Positions 49,594 through 60,046 of a stretch of DNA of 64,000 nt are shown piece by piece (the first letter of the stretch is position 1; each line of letters begins with the position of its first letter). The notes beneath the pieces were generated by a model. That model made no database searches and was not told the origin of the DNA. It saw only the letters and a list, made by a program, of their open reading frames with translations. Where the stretch lies: positions 1-64,000 of IMG/VR virus record IMGVR_UViG_3300020576_004053, one strand, 5' to 3'. Made by a program: the position numbers and the translations under genes. The DNA comes from a virus (Duplodnaviria > Caudoviricetes).

Positions 49594-50262
49594 TTAACGA
49601 ACTAATTTCCACACCGCTTCAATTTTCTTTGTTGCAGGTAATGCCGCAAACCGAGATGCTATATTAGAATCTTTTTGTAACAAATATTTGTATACTACTT
49701 TGATGGCACGCACCGTCAATTCATCCTTTGGAGATAACTCTTGGGTAGCCGGTGGTGCAGTTGGTGATGGTTCCATCGTAGTTTCCGGTGGCAATGCATC
49801 GTCTACTTCACCAATCTTTTTGAATGAATCTTGAATTGGCGCTTGACCGGGATCACGCGTAGCCGCTGCTGGATCAATAGGTTCAGCAGGAGCTTGCCCA
49901 TTCTGTATTTCGAAATACCGATTAAGGATGTGTCCCATATCGTCATATAACGCCGACATACGCTGTTCTAGCATATCCGCTTCATTGGCATGTTTTGCAA
50001 ACTCAGACGTAAATTTCTTGAGTTCAGACATGTTACGCTTTAACGTGTGTGCATCAAACCAATCATCGGCTTCATTAGTTACGGTAGTTTCCGCCAACTC
50101 TGCAATCTGAGATAAGCGTTCTGCTAATTCCCGCATGGACTGTGTTCGGCGTAACGCAGCCCCATATTCATTGTATTTGGCAATCTGCTCAATCACATTT
50201 TCCACGGTCTGTTGTGGTGCGGCTGGTGCAGACTGCTGACGCCCGAAATTAAAAGATGGCAT
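49594..50262 (-). CDS. Head-cluster hypothetical protein
   Basis: DDWFD..T.KRNM.EL...QRM.ALYDDMGHILNRYFEI helical domain. Confidence 0.7.
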   Translation of the reverse strand: MPSFNFGRQQSAPAAPQQTVENVIEQIAKYNEYGAALRRTQSMRELAERLSQIAELAETTVTNEADDWFDAHTLKRNMSELKKFTSEFAKHANEADMLEQRMSALYDDMGHILNRYFEIQNGQAPAEPIDPAAATRDPGQAPIQDSFKKIGEVDDALPPETTMEPSPTAPPATQELSPKDELTVRAIKVVYKYLLQKDSNIASRFAALPATKKIEAVWKLVR

Positions 50263-50313
50263 GCATATACTCCAAATAGTTCATAGTATTCTTATAAATA
50301 GGCACTACTACGC

Positions 50314-50916
50314 TTAATACTGATTATTTGTCAATTCAGAAAAGAATGCACTAAATAATCCATTCAATCGATCTTCACGGGCAGCGTTTAAACTGTTCTG
50401 TACGTTCTCATACAAAAATGCCCCATGGGTTGATGGATTTGACACAATATCGAAGCAAATGAGATTAAAATCCTCATCAACCGCTACCGTGCTCTCGTCC
50501 ATGTTAACGACCGATCCCATCCCACGACTTGAAATTCCTAATTGGATACCATTCTTCATCAGTTCCTTTACAATATTACCAGATGGAGTTGATAGAATTT
50601 CTAGGGTACCCACCAGATCATCACCTTCCCAATGCATTTCGGTAATGTTATGACTTACGTTGCGAAGATTAACGACTGAATCCGAGGGATGGTCCAGTTC
50701 TCCCATCGCTCGGCGTCCTTTTACAAATTCTTCCAAATATTTCGCAGCTTCACGCTCTAAAATAGGACGTGGATAGATACGACCATTCTGATTTTTTGCG
50801 TCTGCCCGCTGAAGGATTGCTTTGATTTGAACGGTTCCATTTCCTTTTCGAATGGCTTCGTTCACATACGTGCGATCATATGACAGCGGGATATATTCTT
50901 GGATTAGTTTACCCAT
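50314..50916 (-). CDS. Prohead protease (gp21-like)
   Basis: NQNGRIYP, GELDHP, VSH, GISSRGMGS, FDIVSNPST. Confidence 0.96.
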   Translation of the reverse strand: MGKLIQEYIPLSYDRTYVNEAIRKGNGTVQIKAILQRADAKNQNGRIYPRPILEREAAKYLEEFVKGRRAMGELDHPSDSVVNLRNVSHNITEMHWEGDDLVGTLEILSTPSGNIVKELMKNGIQLGISSRGMGSVVNMDESTVAVDEDFNLICFDIVSNPSTHGAFLYENVQNSLNAAREDRLNGLFSAFFSELTNNQY

Positions 50917-50917
50917 C

Positions 50918-51868
50918 TTATGTTCTCGTGTTTCTGTAATTTTTGCCAGTTTTCAAATAATTGAACCGAAGAGTATGGTCATTATCTACGTCTACTTTAT
51001 ATGACCATCCCTTAGCGACCCATGGTAATGCAATTTTTTCAAGAGCACGAATATTATCAAACGATTTTTTCATATCATCATTCGATGGAAATGGAAAAAT
51101 GTCGGTTGCTCGCGTTCCCTTGGGTGCCTCTTTCTGAAACTGTTGTAATTTTGCATCGGTAGCAGCCGTACTATGTGCAAATCCTTGCAATGCCAACACC
51201 TTCTTATTGTGCATAGCTTCAGATGGAATAGTGGTCTGCTCATCCGGATCGGTAAAATACTTTGACAATAATCCAGAATCATATGACGCTTCCATATCCA
51301 TCAATTCAATGTGATCCGGAGAATCATCTGATGCAGGATCATAATAGTCATCCGGTACATCGATGTCTCTATCCCATGCCTGTGGATCATATTTCATGTA
51401 ATTCGAATCGGGTGCGGGTTTTGTTAATGGATTACCGTCTTGATCCGTATCCGGTGCATGCGAATCATATGACCGCTTGCTATAATCCGTTCGCTGTTTA
51501 GGTGGACGGGATACCGGTACAGATGGCTTGGGCTTTGAAATAATAGGCTTTGCGGGCGTAGGTTCTGGTGCCGGTTTTTGCGCAGCCGCTGGTTTAGGCT
51601 TTACTGACGACGGAGTAGTATCGGGTCGTGTATATGCCGGTTTCTGGGCTGGCTTCTGTGCAGACGCTGGTTTCTGTGCACTTGCCGGTATAGGCTTCCA
51701 CGTGCCCAATTCTCGCTTGTGAGTGGCCACGTGCGCACCGGTCTTCGGATCAATATATCCCGCCGTATTATTCTTGAAGTCCACCAACCCCATAGAACGA
51801 GCCTGAGCGGCAGAACTGCTCACCGCTTCCAAAATCCACGATGGAATCAAATCAATTAGTCGCATCAT
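50918..51868 (-). CDS. Putative internal head protein with Pro/Lys-rich linker
   Basis: ILEA leader, AQARSMGL...GYIDPKTG motif, (PA)SAQKP repeats. Confidence 0.55.
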   Translation of the reverse strand: MMRLIDLIPSWILEAVSSSAAQARSMGLVDFKNNTAGYIDPKTGAHVATHKRELGTWKPIPASAQKPASAQKPAQKPAYTRPDTTPSSVKPKPAAAQKPAPEPTPAKPIISKPKPSVPVSRPPKQRTDYSKRSYDSHAPDTDQDGNPLTKPAPDSNYMKYDPQAWDRDIDVPDDYYDPASDDSPDHIELMDMEASYDSGLLSKYFTDPDEQTTIPSEAMHNKKVLALQGFAHSTAATDAKLQQFQKEAPKGTRATDIFPFPSNDDMKKSFDNIRALEKIALPWVAKGWSYKVDVDNDHTLRFNYLKTGKNYRNTRT

Positions 51869-52317
51869 CCACGTAGCTCCCGAAGACAGTTTCGAATTTC
51901 TTCCAATTTAGCTTCCATCTTACCAATGTGTTTAGCGGTGCGCTTCCATAATTTGTCGTGAGGAGTTTTAGTCTCAGTCTTCAATCGGGTCGCCATACGA
52001 ACTGCTCTATGCATCTCATTGATCTGACGCGTAATTTCTTGAATCGTCGTACCAATTTTCTGCACTTCATTTCGGAGTGGATCGGATTTGAATGCATGAT
52101 ATCTAGTAGCCGCCTCTTCTACCACATCATCGGTGTTCAACGGGTCAGTTGATTCACCAAATGGTAATACTTCATGATCTACTTTTTTATCCCCCACCGG
52201 CTTCCGCTTACCGAATGCATAGGGTGTTTGATATCCGGCTACTGCACCAGTCGCTGAAATTTCTTCCAACTCATCTTCGATCATTTCTCTGACGATTTTT
52301 CTAAATTTGTCATTCAT
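51865..52317 (-). CDS. Head-cluster hypothetical protein
   Basis: IVREMIEDELEE leader, GYQTPYAF motif, C-terminal coiled coil. Confidence 0.65.
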   Translation of the reverse strand: MNDKFRKIVREMIEDELEEISATGAVAGYQTPYAFGKRKPVGDKKVDHEVLPFGESTDPLNTDDVVEEAATRYHAFKSDPLRNEVQKIGTTIQEITRQINEMHRAVRMATRLKTETKTPHDKLWKRTAKHIGKMEAKLEEIRNCLRELRG

Positions 52318-53195
52318 ACCGTCATCTCTTTGATAATTTCATATGCCAACATAAGAGCAACCATATGAGAATCTTGGATCGTCTTTTCTTTGGCAATAAT
52401 ATCTAACTGAGCCGACACTTCATTAAGCTTAATCTGCGTAATTTTATTCGTGCATGATGTGCCTAATTTTCGAAGAGTTTCTTGAATGACCGGAATTTCT
52501 TTCGAAATATGAGTGCGTAATGTGCCCATGGTCGTAGTATTATTGATATACTCACGTAACAAGGTTTTCTGATTATCATTCAACGTGCCATACTTCTTGT
52601 TGAATTTTTCAATAAGCACCTTATACGTCAACATACGTAGATCTTCTGACTGCTTAGTAAATTCGGAAATCATATTTGACGTTTCCTTCATTACTTGTTT
52701 CGTCTTGTACTTACCAGATAGATGCTCTACTAACGTAAATCGGGCGTTTGCAATGTCACGAATATTGATCACAGAATCTATAGTATTCTGTGATATTTCG
52801 GTCGCAAACGTCTTATAGATAGAGGCATTAATCGTATAATTGGGATCTCGTGATGAGAGAAATTCTTTCAACGGATAGTGTGTTTTGATTTCCTTAATCA
52901 ACTCATATTTTTCTCGTAGCAATTTCTTTTCATCTAACTTTTTACGCTGCTCACAGACCATATTGATATAGGTCATCGCACGAGATTCTACCAAGGGCTT
53001 ATTGCCAAAGAACGCATGATACAATTGCAATTCTTTGCCCAGTTCCGTAGATGCGTTAAATCGCTTCTGCATGATTTGCATGGCCGGGGAATCTGATTTC
53101 CCTGCCAATGTATCTGCAGTGATTTGACGAACTAATAATTCAAACAATAGTCCGCAATTCTTGATTTTGTTGTTCGTAATATTCCGTTGCTTCAT
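52314..53195 (-). CDS. Head-cluster hypothetical protein
   Basis: KIKNCGLLFELLVRQITAD, EKYELIKEIK, FNKKY..L...QK.LLREYI. Likely start ATG 53195 after GGAG. Confidence 0.75.
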   Translation of the reverse strand: MKQRNITNNKIKNCGLLFELLVRQITADTLAGKSDSPAMQIMQKRFNASTELGKELQLYHAFFGNKPLVESRAMTYINMVCEQRKKLDEKKLLREKYELIKEIKTHYPLKEFLSSRDPNYTINASIYKTFATEISQNTIDSVINIRDIANARFTLVEHLSGKYKTKQVMKETSNMISEFTKQSEDLRMLTYKVLIEKFNKKYGTLNDNQKTLLREYINNTTTMGTLRTHISKEIPVIQETLRKLGTSCTNKITQIKLNEVSAQLDIIAKEKTIQDSHMVALMLAYEIIKEMTV

Positions 53196-53276
53196 GCGAC
53201 ACTCCGTGAGTCGTCGAGTATTATATAGAAAAACCCGATATTCATTTCTCACCATCTGTATAAATATTCAAAAATA

Positions 53277-55241
53277 TCATATATCTTCTGTTTTTGGTAA
53301 TATATTTCGTTCATCTAAAAATGTGCCGTTATCATTGAATAAATCGTTTTGTTCCGTTAAGAGTTCTGACCGAGAATCGATTTTTGTTAATCGATCCAAC
53401 ATATGGCGTACTTCCATGGATAACCCTGTACGGGGTGCGGGCTTACGTTTTTGAGCAACATGAAGGGCTTTATACCGTTCCTTAAACCCTAACGGATCAC
53501 GACCTCGCACATGACTATCTTGTGCGTACTGAGGGTTCTTAGGGGGCTGTCCTCGCGTTTCTTCTTCATCATCATCCACCTCTTCCTCTTGAATGCCCAA
53601 ATCTTCGGCAGTAGGTAGATCATCGATAGACTGTGGTGATACTCCTGCCCCACCCGTACTAGGCGCACTACCGGGGGGAACTTCAGGTGCACCACCCATG
53701 CCATCAGCCGGATTTCCACCCGCTGCCTGTTGACGCTGCATATTTTCTTCTGGCGTACGATCTTGTGGAAATCCGAATTTCATGGGGTCAGACAGACCTT
53801 GTTCAATTTGACCCAAACGATATGCTCGCTTCGTATCCAATACAATCTTCTGACGTTCTTCGTCGAATTCTGCTTTCGGCATATCAAAAATATTTTCATA
53901 CATCCAATCACTGCTAAACATCTTGGCTTGTTGCATTTGGGTCACCAACGCAATCTTCTGCTGCCATAGATTGATTTTTTCTTGTTCGTAGATTGTGGAT
54001 GGATTTGTCAAGGATAGGCTAAATCCTACTAAATCTGCATCCGTGAATCCCTGTGCGTATAAATGGACAATACCAATCTTCGTCAATTCAGAGATAATGA
54101 TACGCTGAATACGTTCGACCGTACGAGCAAATCGAACGTCTTCTGCCGCCAGCGTAGCCTTTCCATTGACGTTTTCATCATATCCCAAGAACGCTTTTGG
54201 AATCTTCAATGCTGCCATCATCTTGTTACGCAGATATTCAATGTCCTCAATCGGATTGAATTCCATGCCCTGCAGATTTTCGATGCTCGTACCAGAATCA
54301 CTTCCACGAACCGGGAGGTAGAAATCTTCCATCAAATTCTGCATATTCCATCGTAAGTTGTAATCCCCGGTCGTTTGATCGATATATGGGACTTTCTTCG
54401 TACGATCCATTAATTTCTGGATAAACGTATCGACTTCATTGGGTGGAATATTACCAATGTCAATCTTAAAGACACGCTTTTCCGGTGCGCGCATAATACG
54501 ATGGATCATCATGGCGTCTTCCATGAGAATCAACTGTCTGAAAATACGACGTGCCGATTCAATTTCGGATTTGCCATATGGTAAGAAATTCGTATCCGAT
54601 AACATACGAAAGTGTGCGATTTCATAGTTATCGAACTTTTGTTTAAACCCGTTAGTACCCAACGTTTCAAAATAGACGTAGTACGGATTATCGATGTCGG
54701 AGCCTTCTACTCGCACCGTATCATAATGCGATAACGGCATTACGTTGTGGATGCCATACTCTGGCGATATTTCCAAAAACAAAAAGAAATCTCCGTATTT
54801 ACAGAGATTACGAGTCCACGGCCATAAGTTGAATTCAATATTCAGAATATCATAATACAAGTTGTGTAACACATCTTTGATATGCTGATTTTCAGTATTG
54901 ATGGTTAGGATATCACCATATTCATTTTTGACAGTACTTTCATCGGCGTAAATGTCCAATGCCGATGCAATAATAGGATCTTGATCCATGGTATCATAAT
55001 CACGGAATAACATAAGGCGTTGTGCTTGAAACGCCATATTCGATCCGTACTGCGAATTATAGTGTGACGCATAGCCGGTACCAGAATGAATGCGAGAATA
55101 TCGATCTCGCATTGCATTGGACATTGTACTTTGAATATTATCGGTGTCGGCAACGCGAAGCTTTTTACCTCCGACGTTACGAACGATAACATTCGTACTG
55201 AACAGTTTTTTTAATCGTGCATATAAAGACGTATCTGACAT
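53277..55241 (-). CDS. Portal protein (gp20-like)
   Basis: ALDIYADE, LMEDAMMIHRIMRAPEKRVFKIDIGN, EDFYLPVRG, ALKIPK. Confidence 0.97.
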   Translation of the reverse strand: MSDTSLYARLKKLFSTNVIVRNVGGKKLRVADTDNIQSTMSNAMRDRYSRIHSGTGYASHYNSQYGSNMAFQAQRLMLFRDYDTMDQDPIIASALDIYADESTVKNEYGDILTINTENQHIKDVLHNLYYDILNIEFNLWPWTRNLCKYGDFFLFLEISPEYGIHNVMPLSHYDTVRVEGSDIDNPYYVYFETLGTNGFKQKFDNYEIAHFRMLSDTNFLPYGKSEIESARRIFRQLILMEDAMMIHRIMRAPEKRVFKIDIGNIPPNEVDTFIQKLMDRTKKVPYIDQTTGDYNLRWNMQNLMEDFYLPVRGSDSGTSIENLQGMEFNPIEDIEYLRNKMMAALKIPKAFLGYDENVNGKATLAAEDVRFARTVERIQRIIISELTKIGIVHLYAQGFTDADLVGFSLSLTNPSTIYEQEKINLWQQKIALVTQMQQAKMFSSDWMYENIFDMPKAEFDEERQKIVLDTKRAYRLGQIEQGLSDPMKFGFPQDRTPEENMQRQQAAGGNPADGMGGAPEVPPGSAPSTGGAGVSPQSIDDLPTAEDLGIQEEEVDDDEEETRGQPPKNPQYAQDSHVRGRDPLGFKERYKALHVAQKRKPAPRTGLSMEVRHMLDRLTKIDSRSELLTEQNDLFNDNGTFLDERNILPKTEDI

Positions 55242-55244
55242 AGA

Positions 55245-55637
55245 TTACACTAAATTATGAAGGAAAATTCTTCGCTCGTGTACGGTTTTCGTAAACGATG
55301 GTTCAAACGCATGCCCCAGTTCAATCAACTTTCGTAATGGGCATTCACACCAAATAGTATTAATAGATTCATCAGGATTTAGTTCTTTTCGCGCAATCCA
55401 GCGATGATGACCGTCTAAGATATATCCTGTCTCTGAAACGATTAATGGAATAGACAAGGCATCTTGTTTTTCTTTTAACGCTTCGACCTTGCTACGATTT
55501 ACGTGTTGTTGGATAGGCTTTAGCTTAATTATCGGCAATCTACGTAATGCGGCATTAATCCCATTTTCACGTAGGAAATTTACAAACTCATCCAGTTTAC
55601 CGGACGGAATCTGTGGTAACTTATGCCGTGGCAGCAC
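55245..55637 (-). CDS. ParB/Srx-like nuclease-domain protein
   Basis: LKPIQ, PLIVS..GYILDGHHRW. Confidence 0.8.
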   Translation of the reverse strand: MLPRHKLPQIPSGKLDEFVNFLRENGINAALRRLPIIKLKPIQQHVNRSKVEALKEKQDALSIPLIVSETGYILDGHHRWIARKELNPDESINTIWCECPLRKLIELGHAFEPSFTKTVHERRIFLHNLV

Positions 55638-56256
55638 TGACGGCTCCTAACTGTGGAATGCGTATTGCGTCAATTTTGATCTGTTTCTTATTGTAGGGCG
55701 CTTTCAAGGATTCAATTGCCGCAATATCACTCTTATTGTAATCGAAATATTGAATTTCTTTATACCCAGTCTTGATTTTCTTCTCTACGAATTTACGCTT
55801 CTTCTGACCAGCAGATGAACCAAAGGGTACGATTTTTACACCGTTATCAATTCCCATTCCCTTCAAATATTTTGCGACTTCTACCGCTTGGGTACGTGCC
55901 GTAAATACGATAAAATCCCCGCCAAACTGCAGAACTTTATGAATGAGTGCTTTGTAGGCTTTTTGCTTTGCCTCGGGGATTTGATTTTTTTCAGCGTGTA
56001 GAATGTTCGGATCAAAGTTTAAGATGATTAGACGCCCTAAATTCTGGTCACCCTCTTCTTCCTCTCCATCCTTTACCCGCACGAGTTTACCGTCGACTGT
56101 ACGCGCCATTACCACACGAGTATCCGGATCAATCCACCCACCAAATCCACCATATACTAGTCCCAATGCCTTTGCCTGTTCACCGGGACTCTGACCGGCT
56201 TCTAATAATAGCTGCTTGGTAATGACACGATTGATATACCGATCTATCTTATTCAT
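55621..56256 (-). CDS. Putative internal head protein with degenerate HAD-like domain
   Basis: LLEA leader, QAKALGL..GGFGGWIDP motif, ILNFDPNI / FTAR / K / YFDY resembling HAD motifs I-IV. Confidence 0.55.
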   Translation of the reverse strand: MNKIDRYINRVITKQLLLEAGQSPGEQAKALGLVYGGFGGWIDPDTRVVMARTVDGKLVRVKDGEEEEGDQNLGRLIILNFDPNILHAEKNQIPEAKQKAYKALIHKVLQFGGDFIVFTARTQAVEVAKYLKGMGIDNGVKIVPFGSSAGQKKRKFVEKKIKTGYKEIQYFDYNKSDIAAIESLKAPYNKKQIKIDAIRIPQLGAVSAATA

Positions 56257-56274
56257 ATGCAATCTCAATATTTG

Positions 56275-57936
56275 TTAGGATAACAACCATCGCAAATCTT
56301 CAATATTCGTATTTCCCTGCGGTGTTTGCACACCTAATGGCATAATATATGGATCAACCGGTTTGTTGACATTTGAGTATACCGCTTCATAGTCACCCGC
56401 TCGCTTAATCCCATCCAGTGCCACACGAGTTAAGCCGTTTGCCCGTTCATGCAACACCATCGATGTATCACGCACCCATAATCCTATACATAGCGACATA
56501 ACCAAGTCATCGTTATATCCGCCCATTGCCTGTGCCTTATTTCCGTCCCAAATAAACACTCGCAGTTCCTGAATCGTGCGAATAGAGTTGATTTTGATCG
56601 CTTCATTGGCATTTAGCTGGATTTCTCTCATATAGGTCTGTAATTTATCAATCATTACCGGACGGGTTTTCGTGGACGTTGTAAATCCTATCACCGCTTT
56701 TTGTTCACGACCACGATATCGATTGGAATAATTACGCTGCATATCTACCACACGAATATCTTGTTGCATGTAGAAAATATTATTGTACGACCGATCTACT
56801 AACCGCTGCAACACTGCAAATCCATGGTTGGCATTTTCGACCACCAACAACGCGTCATTATATTGTACCGCCACCACCTTCAATAAATCTGCATAGGTGG
56901 TAGTATCGACCTTACCCTTGTACTCTGCGACCTGTTCTAGATCATCTACGTCAATGACATGGAATGCCGAATAGTCAGTTCCATCTCCACGGGCCACGTC
57001 AGCAACAACAATATAGCGATGCCCTTGATACGGTCGTTTCCACACCCATAGATTATTGTCAAACCCTTCCTTAAATTCAGGTTCCGTGGTTTCAGCGGCA
57101 TACAATTCAATAATCTCAGCATCGATAACCGTATTACCAGATCCAATAAAATCGGCGTCATATTCTTGCTTAGCGGCGCGTTCGCCCTGAATCTTGCCCA
57201 TTTGATCACGCCATGCCTGATCACGTTCTGGGTGTACCCGCCAGTCCAACTTGATCGGATGGAATGCAAAATTTCTAGTGACGCCACCATCTGCGTGAAT
57301 TTCGTCCTTTTCACCACGAATTGCCTTCTCCCACGTTTGATGGAAGAAATTACCTACACCATTCGGGGTACTAATCAAAATCGCATTACCACCCGTTGCC
57401 AACGTTGGTAATGCGGCAATCCAAATAGAATCTACGTTCTTAATGAATGCAGCTTCGTCTAAGATCAATAGCGACAGAGCTTCAGAACGACCTGCATCTT
57501 CTGATGCCGTAGATGCTTTAATAGCCGACCCATTCGCAAATTTCAATCCAAGCTTATGCGCTTCGACACATTCTAAACGTAACCATACCGGGAGATTGTC
57601 AAATGCATACTTAACTTTGGTAATAAGATTCTTGGCGGTTTCTTGCTTCGTTGCAATGACCAATACGTTCTTATCGCCATGGAACACCATCAACCACAGC
57701 GCATAACAAGCCGCTGCGGTTGAAATACCAATCTGGCGTCCTTTGAGAATGATGTTGAAATTAAACTGCTCAAAATCACTAATCGCTTCATCTTGATAGG
57801 GATACAAATCAAACAAGATTTTGCCACGAATTGGATGTTGAATGTAACAATATGTCTTAATGAAATATTGTGGACTCTTCAAACACTTCATGTACTCTTT
57901 TTCAATTAAAGCTTTATAATTTAGCGGTTCGGCCAT
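56275..57936 (-). CDS. Terminase large subunit (gp17-like)
   Basis: LYPYQ, KGRQIGIST, ILDEAAF, ISTPNG, ADVARGDG.DYS, DDLVMS. Likely start ATG 57936. Confidence 0.97.
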   Translation of the reverse strand: MAEPLNYKALIEKEYMKCLKSPQYFIKTYCYIQHPIRGKILFDLYPYQDEAISDFEQFNFNIILKGRQIGISTAAACYALWLMVFHGDKNVLVIATKQETAKNLITKVKYAFDNLPVWLRLECVEAHKLGLKFANGSAIKASTASEDAGRSEALSLLILDEAAFIKNVDSIWIAALPTLATGGNAILISTPNGVGNFFHQTWEKAIRGEKDEIHADGGVTRNFAFHPIKLDWRVHPERDQAWRDQMGKIQGERAAKQEYDADFIGSGNTVIDAEIIELYAAETTEPEFKEGFDNNLWVWKRPYQGHRYIVVADVARGDGTDYSAFHVIDVDDLEQVAEYKGKVDTTTYADLLKVVAVQYNDALLVVENANHGFAVLQRLVDRSYNNIFYMQQDIRVVDMQRNYSNRYRGREQKAVIGFTTSTKTRPVMIDKLQTYMREIQLNANEAIKINSIRTIQELRVFIWDGNKAQAMGGYNDDLVMSLCIGLWVRDTSMVLHERANGLTRVALDGIKRAGDYEAVYSNVNKPVDPYIMPLGVQTPQGNTNIEDLRWLLS

Positions 57937-57949
57937 TAAATGTCTCAAA

Positions 57950-58603
57950 TCATTTCATTACAGCAATTGCCGCAATGGTTCCCCCAACTGCCCCTATCAA
58001 AAAGGATGTTACCCTATTTGGTGCCGGTATTACCCATAACAACTTGGTAGGTTTTGGTGGAGTCGGTACTTCTAGAAGTCGTTTTTGAAGCGAGTCTGCT
58101 TTTTCGGAAATGCTCTTTAAATTGTCTTCCAGATTAGCAATTTTTACTTCTCGGTTCACCACAATCTCTTCTGTGACTGCTACCACTACACGCAACGAAT
58201 CCGCATTATGGCGATATCCTTCAGACAAATCCCACAACTCTTGGTACGAAGTATCTGCACCCAATGCCTTCAAACTATCCCGCGTAATGTCTAATTTCTG
58301 TTGCGTAAGATCAATTTTACTCTTAAGTTTTTCACTTTTGACTACCAACACTTCCTTGGTACTATCCAATTTAGCGTTTATACGTTGCATCTCTTTCATC
58401 TTTGCCTGAGCGAGTTCTAGTTCCTGCGAAGCCGCCTCAGCAGTTTTCTTCCATGTAGCCACTTCATTAATATAAGTATCAGGTGATGGTGTCTGACCCT
58501 TCCCTATCCAAAACATTACTGTCGCCAATACGAGCATGACCAACAACATCGTCGGATTGAACTTCAGATTGTTTTTCAGTGCCTTCAGTAACTCCCAATT
58601 CAT
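57950..58603 (-). CDS. Coiled-coil protein with N- and C-terminal hydrophobic segments (possible spanin-like)
   Basis: MLLVMLVLATVMFWI, long heptad region, PTPPKP, FLIGAVGGTIAAIAV. Confidence 0.55.
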   Translation of the reverse strand: MNWELLKALKNNLKFNPTMLLVMLVLATVMFWIGKGQTPSPDTYINEVATWKKTAEAASQELELAQAKMKEMQRINAKLDSTKEVLVVKSEKLKSKIDLTQQKLDITRDSLKALGADTSYQELWDLSEGYRHNADSLRVVVAVTEEIVVNREVKIANLEDNLKSISEKADSLQKRLLEVPTPPKPTKLLWVIPAPNRVTSFLIGAVGGTIAAIAVMK

Positions 58604-59192
58604 TTAACTCCTCCTGAGCGATTGCCTCTAAGCGGGCAACCAAGATATCGGCGTCTTTGATGATATCTTCAAACAATGGCTCAAATACTGATCTCGGGGC
58701 TAATTGTTCATATCGCCCGTCTTCATATACGGCAGTTGGTGGTGAAAAATTATCAATGTATTCTCTATACTCCACCAATTTATCACGAAGAAACGCTTTT
58801 TCATTCTCACGAACCATACGCTTTTCAAAAGCGTCATACGTTCCATCTAACCGCATCTGTCCTTCGAAATCAATATTGCAATTATAGCACATGTTTCGAA
58901 GATAGTAGAACTTTCTATCAAACCGATGGTTCATAGGTTTAGAACATTTAGGGCACCACCATGGCATTCGTGCTCCGCTGAGTGATGTAATAGACCGCTT
59001 AATGCCTCCCCGCATTTCCCACCATTTACCATCTTCCTCCCACCGCTCCCCTTCGATCCGCTCGATTTTCGGAGAAATGGCCATACTCACCTGAATAACA
59101 TTCGACCATTTCTCCAGTTTATGCGCAACGTTATTACGCAATTCTTCTATCGCTGCTTCTGCCTTTGCACTTTTTGGCTTATATTCAGACAT
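58479..59192 (-). CDS. Zinc-finger hypothetical protein
   Basis: EGERWEE.G..W, PWWCPKC...CYNC. Confidence 0.7.
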   Translation of the reverse strand: MSEYKPKSAKAEAAIEELRNNVAHKLEKWSNVIQVSMAISPKIERIEGERWEEDGKWWEMRGGIKRSITSLSGARMPWWCPKCSKPMNHRFDRKFYYLRNMCYNCNIDFEGQMRLDGTYDAFEKRMVRENEKAFLRDKLVEYREYIDNFSPPTAVYEDGRYEQLAPRSVFEPLFEDIIKDADILVARLEAIAQEELNELGVTEGTEKQSEVQSDDVVGHARIGDSNVLDREGSDTIT

Positions 59193-59212
59193 ACAACCTC
59201 AAATATTGTAGA

Positions 59213-60043
59213 TTAACTTTCCCATGTAACGGTAACAAATCCCATAGATCCACTGCCACCGGGACCAGATGTATTAGTAGACGTTTGAAATGACCCACCA
59301 CCACCACCGGCACCAAATCCTGTCGCGTTTGAACCGGTTATAGATCCACCAAATCCTAACGACGTATCATTTCCACCGACACCACCGCCACCAAATATAC
59401 CAGAACCACCAGTACCACCGGCTTTACCGTTAATGGAATTCAATGATGATGTGAAATAAAATCCACCAACACTATTGATAATAACCATCCCACCACGCCC
59501 AGATGGCCACGCGCCAGTACTACCACCACCCCCACCACCACCAAGCGCATAATACATGTAAATGGTGTTATCAAACCACACACTGGCGGAAAATAGTGGT
59601 AAATTCAATCCATTTGTGCCGGGATCACCACCAACACCATAACTACTAAACGTAGGTAACATTGAGATCGGTGTAGAAGCACCACCATTACTATTAGCAA
59701 TAACGGTTCCACCAAATCCACCACTTGCGAATAAATATGATCCGAACGATGTGTGTCCTCCGTGTTTCCCATCAAGACCACTGACATTTGACGGACCACC
59801 CCCACCACCAGATCCAATTAATACAGCAATTTGTTGACCAGATACCACCGGTAATGGAAAATTCACAATCATACCACCCGCACCCCCACCACCCCCACCA
59901 GCGGTACTTTTTCCACTAGCACCACCACCTCCACCACCGCATAATGTTACCATTACCAGTGATACGTTCGCCGGTACTTGGAATACACTTGATGATAGAA
60001 ATGTAGCAGATTTAATTGAATCGCCAGAATTATACCGAGGCAT
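59213..60043 (-). CDS. Glycine-rich tail-fibre-associated domain protein
   Basis: F.VPANV..V.VTLCGGGGGG, GGGGGAGG, GAGGGGG, GG.GS.G.V.VTW. Confidence 0.75.
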   Translation of the reverse strand: MPRYNSGDSIKSATFLSSSVFQVPANVSLVMVTLCGGGGGGASGKSTAGGGGGGAGGMIVNFPLPVVSGQQIAVLIGSGGGGGPSNVSGLDGKHGGHTSFGSYLFASGGFGGTVIANSNGGASTPISMLPTFSSYGVGGDPGTNGLNLPLFSASVWFDNTIYMYYALGGGGGGGSTGAWPSGRGGMVIINSVGGFYFTSSLNSINGKAGGTGGSGIFGGGGVGGNDTSLGFGGSITGSNATGFGAGGGGGSFQTSTNTSGPGGSGSMGFVTVTWES

Positions 60044-60046
60044 ATA

